Assembly: GCF_009914755.1 (NCBI RefSeq)
Contig: NC_060933.1
Length of the DNA: 64,000 nt
Direction: 5' to 3' (one strand)
DNA from: the human T2T-CHM13v2.0 reference genome, Homo sapiens
Positions within the stretch are counted from its first letter, which is position 1; the number at the start of each line of letters is the position of its first letter. A model generated the notes under the pieces. It was given only the letters and a program-made list of their open reading frames with translations, ran no database searches and had not been told where the DNA came from. Made by a program: the position numbers and the translations under genes. Below, in pieces: positions 42,900 to 56,200 of the stretch.

Positions 42900-45800
42900 A
42901 CGGATGATTCCATTCCATTGCATTCCATTCCATTCCATTCCCCTGTACTCGGGTTCATTTCATTCCATTCCATTCCAATCCATGCCATTCCACTCGTGTT
43001 GATTCCATTCTTTCCATTCCATTCAAGTTGAATCCATTCCATTGCATTCCATTCCATTCCATTCCCCTGCAGTGGGGTTGATTCCATTCCGTTCCATTCC
43101 ATTCCATTACATTCCATTCCATTACGTTCCGTTCCTTTCCATTCCATTCCATTCTATTATATTCCGGTTAATTCCATTCCATTCCATTCCATTCCATTCC
43201 ATTCCATTCCATTGCAATCGAGTTGATTCAATTCCATTCCATTCCATTCCATTCCACTCCATTCCAGTCCTTTCCATTCCATTCCTCTCGGGTTCATTCC
43301 AACGTATTCCTTTCCATTCCATTCCATTCCCCTGCACTCGGGTTGATTCCATTCCATTCCACTGCATTCCGTTCCATTCCATTGCATTCCATTGTATTCG
43401 GGTTAATTCCATTCCATTCCATTCCATTCCATTCCATTCTATTCCATTCCATTACAATTGAGTTGACTCCATTCCATTCCATTCCATTCCATTCCATTCC
43501 AGTCCTTTCCATTCCATTCCACTCGGGTTGATTCCATTCTATTAGTTTCCCTTCCATTCCATTCCCTTCCATTCCACTCTGGTTGATTCCATTCCTTTCC
43601 ATTCCACTCGAATACATTCCCTCCTATTCCACTCGGAACGATTCCATTCCATTCCATTCACTTCTATTCCATTCCATTCCATTCCACTCGTGTTGATTCC
43701 ATTCCTTTCCATTCCATTCGGTTTGAAGGCATTCCATTCCATTCAATTCCATTCCATTCCGTTCCATTCCATTCCATTCCATTCCACTCCGTTGCATTCC
43801 ATTCCATTACATTCGGATTGATTCTATTCAACTCCCTTACTCTCCATTACATTCCATTCCATTCGGGTTGTTCCATTCCATTCCATTCCATTCCACTCCA
43901 TTCCATTGCACTCGGGTTGATTCCATTCCATTCCATTCCATTCCGGATGATTCCATTCGATTGCATTCCGTTCCATTACATTCCCCTGCACTCGCGTTAA
44001 TTCCATTCCATTCCATTCCATTGCATTCCATTCCATTCCGTTCCATTCCGTTCCATTCCATTCCATTCCATTCTATTCGGGTTAATTCCATTCCATTCCA
44101 TTCCATTCCATTCTATTCCATTCCATTGCACTCGGGTTGATTCCATTCCATTGCATTCCATTCCATTCCATTCCATTCCATTCCATTCCATTCCATTCCA
44201 TTCCATTCCATTCTATTCCATTCCATTGTACTCTGGTTGATTCCATTCCATTGCATTCCATTCCATACCATTCAATTCCATTCCGTTCCATTCCATTCCA
44301 TTACATTCGGATTGATTCTATTCAACTCCCTTACTCTCCATTACATTCCATTCCATTCGGGTTGTTCCATTCCATTCCATTCTATTCCACTCCATTCCAT
44401 TGCACTCGGGTTGATTCCATTCCATTCCATTCCATTCCATTCCGGAAGATTCCATTCCATTGCATTCCATTCCATTCCATTCCCCTGCACTTGCGTTGAT
44501 TCCATTCCATTCCATTCCATTCCATTCCATTCCTTTCCGTTCCATTCCATTCCATTCCATTCCATTCCATTCCATTCCATTCCGTTCCGTTCCATTCGAT
44601 TCCATTCCATTCTATTCGGGTTAATTCCATTCCATTCCATTGGATTGCAATCGAGTTGATTCCATTCCATTCCATTCCATTCCATTCCATTCCATTCCTT
44701 TCCATTCCATTACGGATGATTCCAATCCATTGCATTCCATTCCATTCCATTCCCCTGTACTCGGGTTGATTCCATTCCATTCCATTCCAATCCATGCCAT
44801 TCCACTCGTGTTGATTCCATTCTTTCCATTCCATTCAAGTTGAATCCATTGCATTGCATTCCATTCCATTTGATTCCATTCGATTGCACTCGGGTTGATT
44901 CCATTCCATTTCATTCCATTCCATTGCATTCGATTCCATTCCATTCCATTCCGTTCCATTCCATTTCATTACATTCAGATTGATTCTATTCAATTCCCTT
45001 ACACTCCATTATATTCCAATCCATTCTGGTTGTTTCCATTCCATTCCATTCCATTTCACTCCATTCCATTGCACTCGGGTTGATTCCATTCCATTCCATT
45101 CCATTGCATTCCATTCCATTCCATTCCGGATGATTCGATTCCATTGCATTCCATTCCATTCCATTCCCCTGCACTCGGGTTGATTCCATTCCATTCCATT
45201 CCATTACATTCCGTTCCATTCCATTCCATTCCATTCGGACTGATTCTATTCAATTCCCTTACACTCCATTACATTCCATTCCATTTGGGTAGTTTCCATT
45301 CCATTCCATTCCATTCCTCTCCATTCCATTGCACTCGGGTTGATTCCATTCCATTCCATTCCATTTCATTCCATTCCATTCCATTGCACTCCATTCCATT
45401 GCACTCGGGTTGATTCCATTCCATTCCATTCCATTCCATTCCGGATGACTCCATTCCATTGCATTCCGTTCCATTACCTTCCCATGCACTCGGGTTGATT
45501 CCGTTCCATTCCATTCCATTCCATTCCATTCGATTCCATTCCATTCCAATTCTTTCCATTCCATTCTATTCCGTACCATTCCATTCCATTCCATACAATT
45601 CCATTCCATTCCATTCCATTCCATTCCATTCCGTTCCGTTCCGTTCCGTTCCATTCCATTCCATTCCATTCTATTCGGGTTAATTCCATTTCATTCCATT
45701 CCATTCAACTCTATTCCATTCCATTGCAATCGAGTTGAATCCATTGCATTCCATTCCATTCAATTCCATTCCATTCCATTCCATTCCGGACGATTCCATT

Positions 45801-48800
45801 CAATTGCATTCCATTGCATTCCATTCCATTCCATTCCCCTGGACTCGCGTTTATTCCTTTCAATTCCATTCGATTCCATTCCATTCCATTCCGTTCCGTT
45901 CCATTCCTTTCCATTCCATTCCTTTCCTTTCCGTTCCGTTCCGTTCCATTCCATTCCATTCCATTCTATTCGGGTTAATTCCATTCCATTCCTTTCGATT
46001 ACAATCGAGTTGATTCCATTCCATTCCATTCCATTCCATTCCATTCCATTCCATTCCATTCCTTTCAATTACATTACGGATGATTCCATTCCATTGCATT
46101 CCATTCCATTCCATTCCCCTGTACTCGGGTTCATTCCATTCCATTCCATTCCAATCCATGCCATTCCACTCGTGTTGATTCCATTCTTTCCATTCCATTC
46201 AAGTTGAATCCATTCCATTGCATTCCATTCCATTCCACTCCCCTGCAGTGGGGTTGATTCCATTCCGTTCCATTCCATTCCATTCCATTCCATTCCATTC
46301 CGTTCCGTTCCTTTCCATTCCATTCCATTCCATTCTATTCCGGTTAATTCCATTCCATTCCATTCCATTCCATTCCATTCCATTGCAATCGAGTAGATTC
46401 AATTCCATTCCATTCCATTCCATTCCACTCCATTCCAGTCCTTTCCATTCCATTCCACTCGGGTTCATTCTACGTATTCCTTTCCATTCCATTCCATTCC
46501 ATTGCAATGGAGTTGATTCCATTGCTTTGCATTCCATTCCATTCCATTCCATTCCGGATGATTCCATTCCATTGCATTCCATTCCATTCCATTCCCCTGC
46601 ACTCGTGTTGATTCCATTCCATTCCACTGCATTCCGTTCCATTCCATTGCATTCCATTGTATTCGGGTTAATTCCATTCCATTCCATTCCATTCCATTCC
46701 ATTCTATTCCATTCCATTACAATTGAGTTGACTCCATTCCATTCCATTCCATTCCATTCCATTCCAGTCCTTTCCATTCCATTGCACTCGGGTTGATTCC
46801 ATTCTATTAGTTTCCCTTCCATTCCATTCCCTTCCATTCCACTCTGGTTGATTCCATTCCTTTCCATTCCACTCGAATACATTCCATCCTATTCCACTCG
46901 GAACGATTCCATTCCATTCCATTCCATTCCATTCCATTCCATTCCATTCCACTCGTGTTGATTCCATTCCTTTCCATTCCATTCGGTTTGAAGGCATTCC
47001 ATTCCATTCAATTCCATTCCATTCCGTTCCATTCCATTCCATTCCATTCCATTCCATTCCATTCCATCGTACTCGGGTTGATTCCATTCCATTGCATTCC
47101 ATTCCATTCCATTCCATTCCATTCCACTCCGTTGCATTCCATTCCATTACATTCGGATTGATTCTATTCAACTCCCTTACTCTCCATTACATTCCATTCC
47201 ATTCGGGTTGTTCCATTCCATTCCATTCCATTCCACTCCATTCCATTGCACTCGGGTTGATTCCATTCCATTCCATTCCATTCCGGATGATTCCATTCGA
47301 TTGCATTCCGTTCCATTACATTCCCCTGCACTCGCGTTAATTCCATTCCATTCCATTCCATTCCATTCCATTCCATTCCATTCCGTTCCATTCCTTTCCA
47401 TTCCATTCCATTCCATTCTATTCGGGTTAATTCCATTCCATTCCATTCCATTCCATTCCATTCTATTCCATTCCATTGCACTCGGGTTGATTCCATTCCA
47501 TTGCATTCCATTCCATTCCATTCCATTCCATTCCATTCCATTCCATTCCATTCCATTCCATTCCATTCTATTCCATTCCATTGTACTCTGGTTGATTCCA
47601 TTCCATTGCATTCCATTCCATACCATTCAATTCCATTCCGTTCCATTCCATTCCATTACATTCGGATTGATTCTATTCAACTCCCTTACTCTCCATTACA
47701 TTCCATTCCATTCGGGTTGTTCCATTCCATTCCATTCTATTCCACTCCATTCCATTGCACTCGAGTTGATTCCATTCCATTGCATTCCATTCCATTCCGG
47801 AAGATTCCATTCCATTGCATTCCATTCCATTCCATTCCCCTGCACTCGCGTTGATTCCATTCCATTCCATTCCATTCCATTCCATTCCTTTCCGTTCCAT
47901 TCCATTCCATTCCGTTCCATTCCATTCCATTCCATTCCGTTCCGTTCCGTTCCATTTGATTCCATTCCATTCTATTCGGGTTAATTCCATTCCATTCCAT
48001 TGGAATGCAATCGAGTTGATTCCATTCCATTCCATTCCATTCCATTCCATTCCATTCCTTTCCATTCCATTACGGATGATTCCATTCCATTGCATTGCAT
48101 TCCATTCCATTCCCCTCTACTCGTGTTGATTCCATTCCATTTCATTCCAATCCATGCCATTCCACTCGTGTTGATTCCATTCTTTCCATTCCATTCAAGT
48201 TGAATCCATTCCATTGCATTCCATTCCATTTGATTCCATTCGATTGCACTCGGGTTGATTCCATTCCATTTCATTCCATTCCATTGCATTCGATTCCATT
48301 CCATTCCAATCCGTTCCATTCCATTTCATTACATTCAGATTGATTCTATTCAATTCCCTTACACTCCATTATATTCCAATCCATTCTGGTTGTTTCCATT
48401 CCATTCCATTCCATTTCACTCCATTCCATTGCACTCGGGTTGATTCCATTCCATTCCATTCCATTGCATTCCATTCCATTCCATTCCGGATGATTCGATT
48501 CCATTGCATTCCATTCCATTCCATTCCCCTGCACTCGGGTTGATTCCATTCCATTCCATTCCATTACATTCCGTTCCATTCCATTCCATTCCATTCGGAC
48601 TGATTCTATTCAATTCCCTTACACTCCATTACATTCCATTCCATTTGGGTAGTTTCCATTCCATTCCATTCCATTCCTCTCCATTCCATTGCACTCGGGT
48701 TGATTCCATTCCATTCCATTCCATTCCATTCCATTCCATTCCATTGCACTCCATTCCATTGCACTCGGGTTGATTCCATTCCATTCCATTCCATTCCATT

Positions 48801-49430
48801 CCGGATGACTCCATTCCATTGCATTCCGTTCCATTACCTTCCCCTGCACTCGGGTTGATTCCATTCCATTCCATTCCATTCCATTCCATTCCATTCCATT
48901 CGATTCCATTCCATTCCAATTCTTTCCATTCCATTCTATTCCGTACCATTCCATTCCATTCCATACAATTCCATTCCATTCCATTCCATTCCATTCCATT
49001 CCGTTCCGTTCCGTTCCGTTCCATTCCATTCCATTCCATTCTATTCGGGTTAATTCCATTTCATTCCATTCCATTCCATTCTATTCCATTCCATTGCAAT
49101 CGAGTTGAATCCATTGCATTCCATTCCATTCCATTCCATTCCATTCCATTCCGGAAGATTCCATTCCATTGCATTCCATTCCATTCCATTCCCCTGGACT
49201 CGCGTTTATTCCTTTCAATTCCATTCGATTCCATTCCATTCCATTCCGTTCCGTTCCATTCCATTCCATTCCATTCCATTCCGTTCCGTTCCGTTCCATT
49301 CCATTCCATTCCATTCTATTCGGGTTAATTCCATTCCATTCCATTCGATTGCAATCGAGTTGATTCCATTCCATTCCATTCCATTCCATTCCATTCCATT
49401 CCATTCCATTCCTTTCAATTACATTACGGA
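42900..49430 (+). repeat. Tandem duplication of a ~3.2-3.35-kb unit (~42900-46080 and ~46080-49430)
   Basis: More than 10 private variants in the same order in both copies: CTGCAGTGGGGTTG (~43067/46243), ATTCCGGTTAA (43161/46337), ACAATTGAGTTGACTCC (43454/46719), TAGTTTCCCTTCC (43543/46808), CTCGCGTTAA (43991/47331), GTACTCTGGTTG (44228/47583), CGGACTGATTC (45236/48596), GGATGACTCC (45443/48803), CCCCTGGACTCGCGTTTATT (45836/49191), CCTTTCAATTACATTACGG (46061/49411). Confidence 0.93.
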
Positions 49431-50299
49431 TGATTCCATTCCATTGCATTCCATTCCATTCCATTCCCCTGTACTCGGGTTGATTCCATTCCATTCCATT
49501 CCAATCCGTGCCATTCCACTCGTGTTGATTCCATTCTTTCCGTTCCATTCAAGTTGAATCCATTCCATTGCATTCCATTCCATTCCATTCCATTCGATTG
49601 CACTCGGGTTGATTCCATTCCATTGCATTCCATTCCATTCCATTCCATTCCATTCCGTTCCATTCCATTCCATTACATTCGGATTGATTCTATTCAATTA
49701 CCTTACATTCCATTACATTCCATTCCATTCGGGTAGTTTCCATTCCATTCCATTCCATTCCTCTCCATTCTATTGCACTCGGGTTGATTCCATTCCATTC
49801 CATTCCATTCCATTCCATTCTATTGTACTCGGGTTGATTCCATTCCATTGCATTCCATTCCATTCCATTCCATTCCATTCCGTTCCATTCTATTCCATTA
49901 CATTCGGATTGATTCTTTTTAACTCCCTTACTCTCCATTACATTCCATTCCATTCGGGTTGTTCCATTCCATTACATTCCATTCCACTCCATTCCATTGC
50001 ACTCGGGTTGATTCCATTCCATTCCATTCCATTCCATTCCGGATGATTCCATTCCATTGCATTCCGTTCCATTACATTCCCCTGCACTCGGATTGATTCC
50101 GTTCCATTCCATTCCATTCCATTCCATTCGATTCCATTCCATTCCCCTGCACTCGCGTTGATTCCATTCCATTCCATTCCATTCCATTCCATTCCTTTCC
50201 ATTCCATTGCTTTCCGTTCCATTCCATTCCATTCCATTCATTTCCGTTCCGTTTAATTCCATTCCATTCCATTCTATTCGGGTTAATTCCATTCCATTC

Positions 50300-53200
50300 C
50301 ATTCGATTGCAATCGAGTTGATTCCATTCCATTGTATTCCATTCCATTCCTTTCCATTAAATTACGGATGATTCCATTCCATTGCATTCCATTCTATTCC
50401 ATTCTCCTCTACTCGGGTTGATTCCATTCCATTCCATTCCAATCCATGCCATTCCACTCGTGTTGATTCCATTCTTTCCATTCCATTCAAGTTTAATCCA
50501 TTCCATTGCATTGCATTCCATTCGATTGCACTCGGGTTGATTCCATTCCATTGCATTCCATTCCATTCCATTCCATTCCATTACTTTCCATTCCATTTCA
50601 TTACATTCAGATTGATTCCATTCAAATCCCTTACACTCCAATATATTCCAATCCATTCTGGTTTTTTCCATTCCATTCCATTCCGTTTCACTCCATTCCA
50701 TTGCACTCGGGTTGATTCCATTCCATTCCATTCAATTCCATTCCGGATGATTCCATTCCATTGCATTCCATTCCATTCCATTCCCCTGCACTCGGGTTGA
50801 TTCCATTCCATTTCATTACATTATATTCCGTTCCATTCCATTCCATTAAATTCGGATTATTCTATTCAATTCCCTTACACTTTATTACATTCGATTCCAT
50901 TCGGGTAGTTTCCACTCCATTCCATTCCATTCGTCTCTATTCCATTGCACTCGGGTTGATTCCATTCCATTCCATTCCATTCCATTCCATTCCATTCCAT
51001 TCCATTCCATTCCATCGCACTCGGGTTGATTCCATTACATTTCATTCCATTCCATTCCATTCCATTCCGTTCCATTCCATTCCATTACATTCGGATTGAT
51101 TCTATTCAACTCCATTACTCTCCATTACATTCCATTCCATTCGGGTTGTTCCATTGCATTCCATTTTATTCCACTCCATTCCATTGCACTCGGGTTGATT
51201 CCATTCCATTGCATTCCATTCCATTCCATTCCATTCCATTCCATTCCATTCCATTCCATTCCATTCCATTCCATTCCATTCCATTCCATACAATTCCATT
51301 CCATTCCATTCCATTCCATTCCATTCCATTCCATTCAGTTCCGTTTAGCTCCGTTCCATACCATTCCATTCCATTCTATTCGGGTTAATTCCATTCCATT
51401 CCATTCCATTCCATTCCATTCTATTCCATTCCATTGCAATCGAGTTGAATCCATTGCATTCCATTCCATTCTATTCCATTCCAGAAGATTCCATTCCATT
51501 GCATTCCATTCCATTCCATTCCCCTGCACTCGCGTTGATTCCATTCCATTCCATTCCATTCCATTGCATTCCATTCCATTCCATTCCATTCCATTACAAT
51601 CGAGTTGATTCCATTCCATTCCATTCCATTCCAGTCCAGTCCTTTCCGTTCCATTCCACTCGGCTTGATTCCATTCTATTATTTTCTATTCCATTCCATT
51701 CCCTTCCATTCCACTCTGGTTGATTCCATTCCTTTCGATTCCACTCGAATACATTCCCTTCTATTCCACTCGGAACGATTCCATTCCATTCCATTCCATT
51801 CCATTCCTTTCCATTCCATTCGGTTTGAAGCAATTCCATTCCATACCATTCCATTCCATTCCATTCCATTCCATTGCATTCCATTCGATTCCATTCCATT
51901 CCATTCCATTCCATTACATTCGGATTGATTCTATTCAACTCCCTTACTCTCCATTACATTCCATTCCATTCGGGTTGTTTCCATTCCATATCATTCCATT
52001 CCACTCCATTCCATTGCACTCGGGTTGATTCCATTCCATTGCATTCCATTCCATTCCATTCCGGATGATTCCATTCCATTGCATTCTATTCCATTCCATT
52101 CCCCTGCACTCGGGTTGATTCCTTTCCATTCCATTCCATTCCGTTCCATTGCGTTCCATTCCATTGCATTCCATTCTATTCGGGTTAATTCCATTCCATT
52201 CTATTCCATTCCATTCCATTCCATTCCATTGCAATCGAGTTGAATCCATTCCATTCCATTCCATTCCGGATGATTCCATTCCATTGCATTCCATTCCTTT
52301 CCATTCCCCTGCACTCGAGTTGATTCCATTCCTTTCCATTCCATTCCATTCCGTTCCATTCCATTCCATTCCATTCCATTCCATTCTATTCGTGTTAATT
52401 CCATGCTTTCCATTCCATTCCATTCCATTCCATTCCATTGCAATCGAGTTGATTCCGTTCCATTCAATTCCATTCAATTCCATTGCATTCCAGTCCTTTC
52501 CATTCCTTTCCACTCGGGTTCATTCCATTCTATTCCTTTACATTCCATTCCATTCCCTTCCATTCCACTCTGGTTGATTCCACTCCTTTCCATTCCACTC
52601 GAATACATTCCTTTCTATTCTACTCGGAATGATTCCCTTCCATTCTATTCCATTGCATTCCATATCGTTCCATTCCATTGTATTCTGTACCATTCCATTC
52701 CATTCCATTCCATTCCATTCCATTCCATGCCATTCCGCTCTGGTTGATTCCATACCTTTCCATTCCATTCGAGTTGAATCCATTCCATTCCATTCCATTC
52801 CATTCCATTGCACACGGGTTCATTCCATTCCATTCCATTACATTTCACTCCATTCCATTCCATTGCATTCCATTCCGTTCCATTCCATTCCAATCCATTT
52901 CGTTTCATTCCATTCTATTCCGTACCATTCCATTTCATTCCATTCTATTCCTTACCATTCCATTCCATTACATTCCATTCCATTCCATGCCATTGCACTC
53001 GGTTTGATTCCATTCCTTTGCATTCCATTCGGGTTGATTCCATTAAATTCCATTCCATTCCATTCCATTCCATTCAATTCCATTCCATTGCACTCGGGTT
53101 GATTCCATTCCATTCCATTCCATTCCATTTCATTCCATTCCATTCCATTCCATTCCGTTCCATTCCATTCCACTACACTCGGATTGATTCTTTTCAATTC

Positions 53201-56200
53201 CCTTACACTCCATTACATTCCATTCCATTCGGGTAGTTTCCATTAAATTCCATTCCATACCACTCCATTCCATTGCACTCGGGTTGATTGATTCCATTCC
53301 ATTGCATTCCATTCCATTCCATTCCATTCTATTCCAGATGATTCCATTCCATTGTATTCCATTCCATTCCATTCCCCTGCACTCTTGTTGATTCCATTCC
53401 ATTCCATTCCATTCCGTTCCATTCCATTCCATTCCATTCTATTCAGGTTAATTCCATTCCATTCCATTCCATTCCATTCCATTCCATTCCATTCCATTGC
53501 AATCCAGTTGATTCCATTGCATTGCATTCCATTCCATTCCATTCCCCTGCAGTCAGGTTGATTCCATTCCATTCCATTCCATTCCATTCCATTCCATTCC
53601 ATTCCGTTCCATTCCATTCCACTCCATTGCAATCATGTTGATTGCATTCCATTCCATTCCATTCCATTCCATTCCATTCCATTCCATTCCATTCCACTCC
53701 ATGCCATTCCACTCGGGTTGATTCCATTCCTTTCCATTCGATTCGGGTTGAAGCCATTCTTTGCAATTCCATTCCATTCGATTCCATTCCATTGCACTTG
53801 GGTTGATTCCATTCCATTGCATTCTATTCTATTCCATTCCATTCCATTCCGTTCCATTGCATTCCATTACATTCGGATTGATTCTATTCAATTCCCTTAC
53901 ACTCCATTACATTCCATTCCATTCGGGTTGTTCTCATTCCATTCCATTCCATCCCACTCCATTCCATTCCATATCATTCCATTCCACTCCATTCCATTGC
54001 ACTTGGGTTGATTCCATTCCATTGCATTCCATTCCATTCCATTCCGGATGATTCCATTCCATTGCATTCCATTCCATTCCATTCCCCTGTACTCGAGTTG
54101 ATTCCATTCCACTCCATTCCATTCCATTCCGTTCCATTCCATTCCGTTCCATTCTATTCGGGTTAATTCCATTCCATTCCATTCTATTCTCTTCCATTGC
54201 AATCGAGTTGATTCCATTCCATTCCATTCCATTTCATTCCATTCCTTTCCATTCCATTCCACTCGGGTTGATTGCATTCTATTAGTTTCCTTTCCATTCC
54301 ATTCCATTGCATTCCATGAAACCCTGGTTGCTTCCAATCCTTTCCATTCCACTCGAATACATTCCTTTCTATGCCACTCGGAATGATTCCATTCCATTCC
54401 ATTCCATTCCATTCCATTCCATTCCATTTCGTTCCATTCCATTCTATTCCGTACCATTCCATTCCATTCCACTCCATTCCATTCCATTCCATTCCATTCC
54501 ACTCCATTCCATGCGATTTCACTCTGTTTGATTCCATTCCTTTCCATTCCATTCGGGTTCAATCCATTCCATTCCATTCCATTCCATTCCATTCCATTCC
54601 ATTCCATTCCGTTGCATTGCACTCGGGTTGATTCGATTTGATTCCATTCCATTCCATTCCATTCCATTCTATTCCATTCCATTCCATTCCTTTGCATTCC
54701 ATTCCACTTTGGTAGATTCCATTCCATTCCTTTCCATTCCGCTCCATTCCCCTGCATTCCACTCGGGTTGTTTTCATTCCTTTCCTTCCACTCCATTACA
54801 TTCCCTTCCATTCCACTCGGAATGATTGATTCCATTCCATTCCAATCCATTTCATTCCATTGCGTTCCATTCCGATCCATTCCATTCCATTCCTGTCCAT
54901 TCCATTCCATTCCATTGCATTCCATTCCATTCCATTCCGTTCCATTCCAGATGATTCCATTCCATTGCATTCCATTCCATTCCATTCCCCTGCACTCGGG
55001 TTGATTCCGTTCCATTCCATTCCATTCCATTCCATTCCATTCCATTCCATTCCGTTCCATTGCATTCCGTTCCATTCCATTCCTTTCTATTTGAGTTAAT
55101 TCCATTCCATTCTATTCCATTGCAATCCAGTTGATTCCATTCCATTCCATTCCATTCCTTTCCATTCCATTCCTTTCCATTCCAGTCCTTTCCATTCCAT
55201 TCCACTCGGGTTGATTCCATTCTATTCCTTTCCATTCCATTCCATTCCCTTCCATTCCAATCTGGTTGATTCCATTCCTTTCCATTCCACTCGAGTACAT
55301 CCCTTTCTATTCCACTCGGAATGATTCCATTCCATTCCATTCCATTCCATTCCATTCCATATCGTTCTATTCCATTCTATTTCGTACCTTTCCATTCCAT
55401 TCCATTCCATTCCATTCCATGACATTCCACTCGGGTTGATTCCATTCCTTTCCATTCCATTCGAGTTGAATCCATTCCATTCCATTCCATTCCATTCCAT
55501 TCCATTCCATTCCATTGCAAACGGCTTCATTCCATTCCATTCCATTTCATTCCATTCCATTCCATTCCATTTCATTCCATTCCATTCCATTCCATTCCAT
55601 TTCATTCCATTCCATTCCATTCCATTCCATTTCATTCCATTCCATTCCATTCCATTTCATTCCATTCCATTCCATTCCTTTCCATTTCATTCCATTCCTT
55701 TCCATTTCATTCGATTCCATTCCATTCCATTCCATTTCATTCCATTCCATTCCATTCCATTCCATTCCATTTCATTCCATTCCATTCCCTTCCATTCCAT
55801 TCCGTTCCATTTCGTTCCATTCCATTCTATTCCGTACCAATCCATTCCATTCCATTCCATTCCATTCCATGCCATTCCACTCGGGTTGATTTCATTCCTT
55901 TCCATTCCATTCGGGTTGAATCCATTCCATTCCATTCCATTCCATTCCATTCCATTGCATTCCATAGCACTCTGGTTGATTCCATTCCATTCAATTCCAT
56001 TCCATTTCTTGCCATTCCATTCCATTCCGTTCCATTCCATTCCATTACATTCGGATTGATTCTTTTCAATTCCCTTACACTCCATTACATTCCATTCCAT
56101 TCGGGTTGTTCCATTCCATTCCATTCCATTCCACTCCATTCCATTGCACTCGGGTTTATTCCATTCCATTCCATTCCATTCCATTCCATTCCATTCCATT

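Noticed and set aside
23527-51492. Apparent selection to preserve the HSE (variants GGAAC, AGAAT and AGAAG keep GAA)
   Set aside because: About as many independent variants break the element (20262, 22084, 42627, 45783), and several tolerated ones share one origin by duplication. The numbers are too small to claim constraint.
54316-54340. ATGAAACCCTGGTTGCTTCCAATCC as a possible foreign insertion
   Set aside because: It aligns in register with the standard CCACTCTGGTTGATTCCATTCC part of module D, so it is a cluster of substitutions rather than an insertion.
39501-55322. GGAAT on the + strand (39501, ~41266, 48002, 52626, 54370, 55318) as possible inversion breakpoints
   Set aside because: These are isolated point variants flanked by CATTC on both sides. 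No run of the opposite orientation exists.
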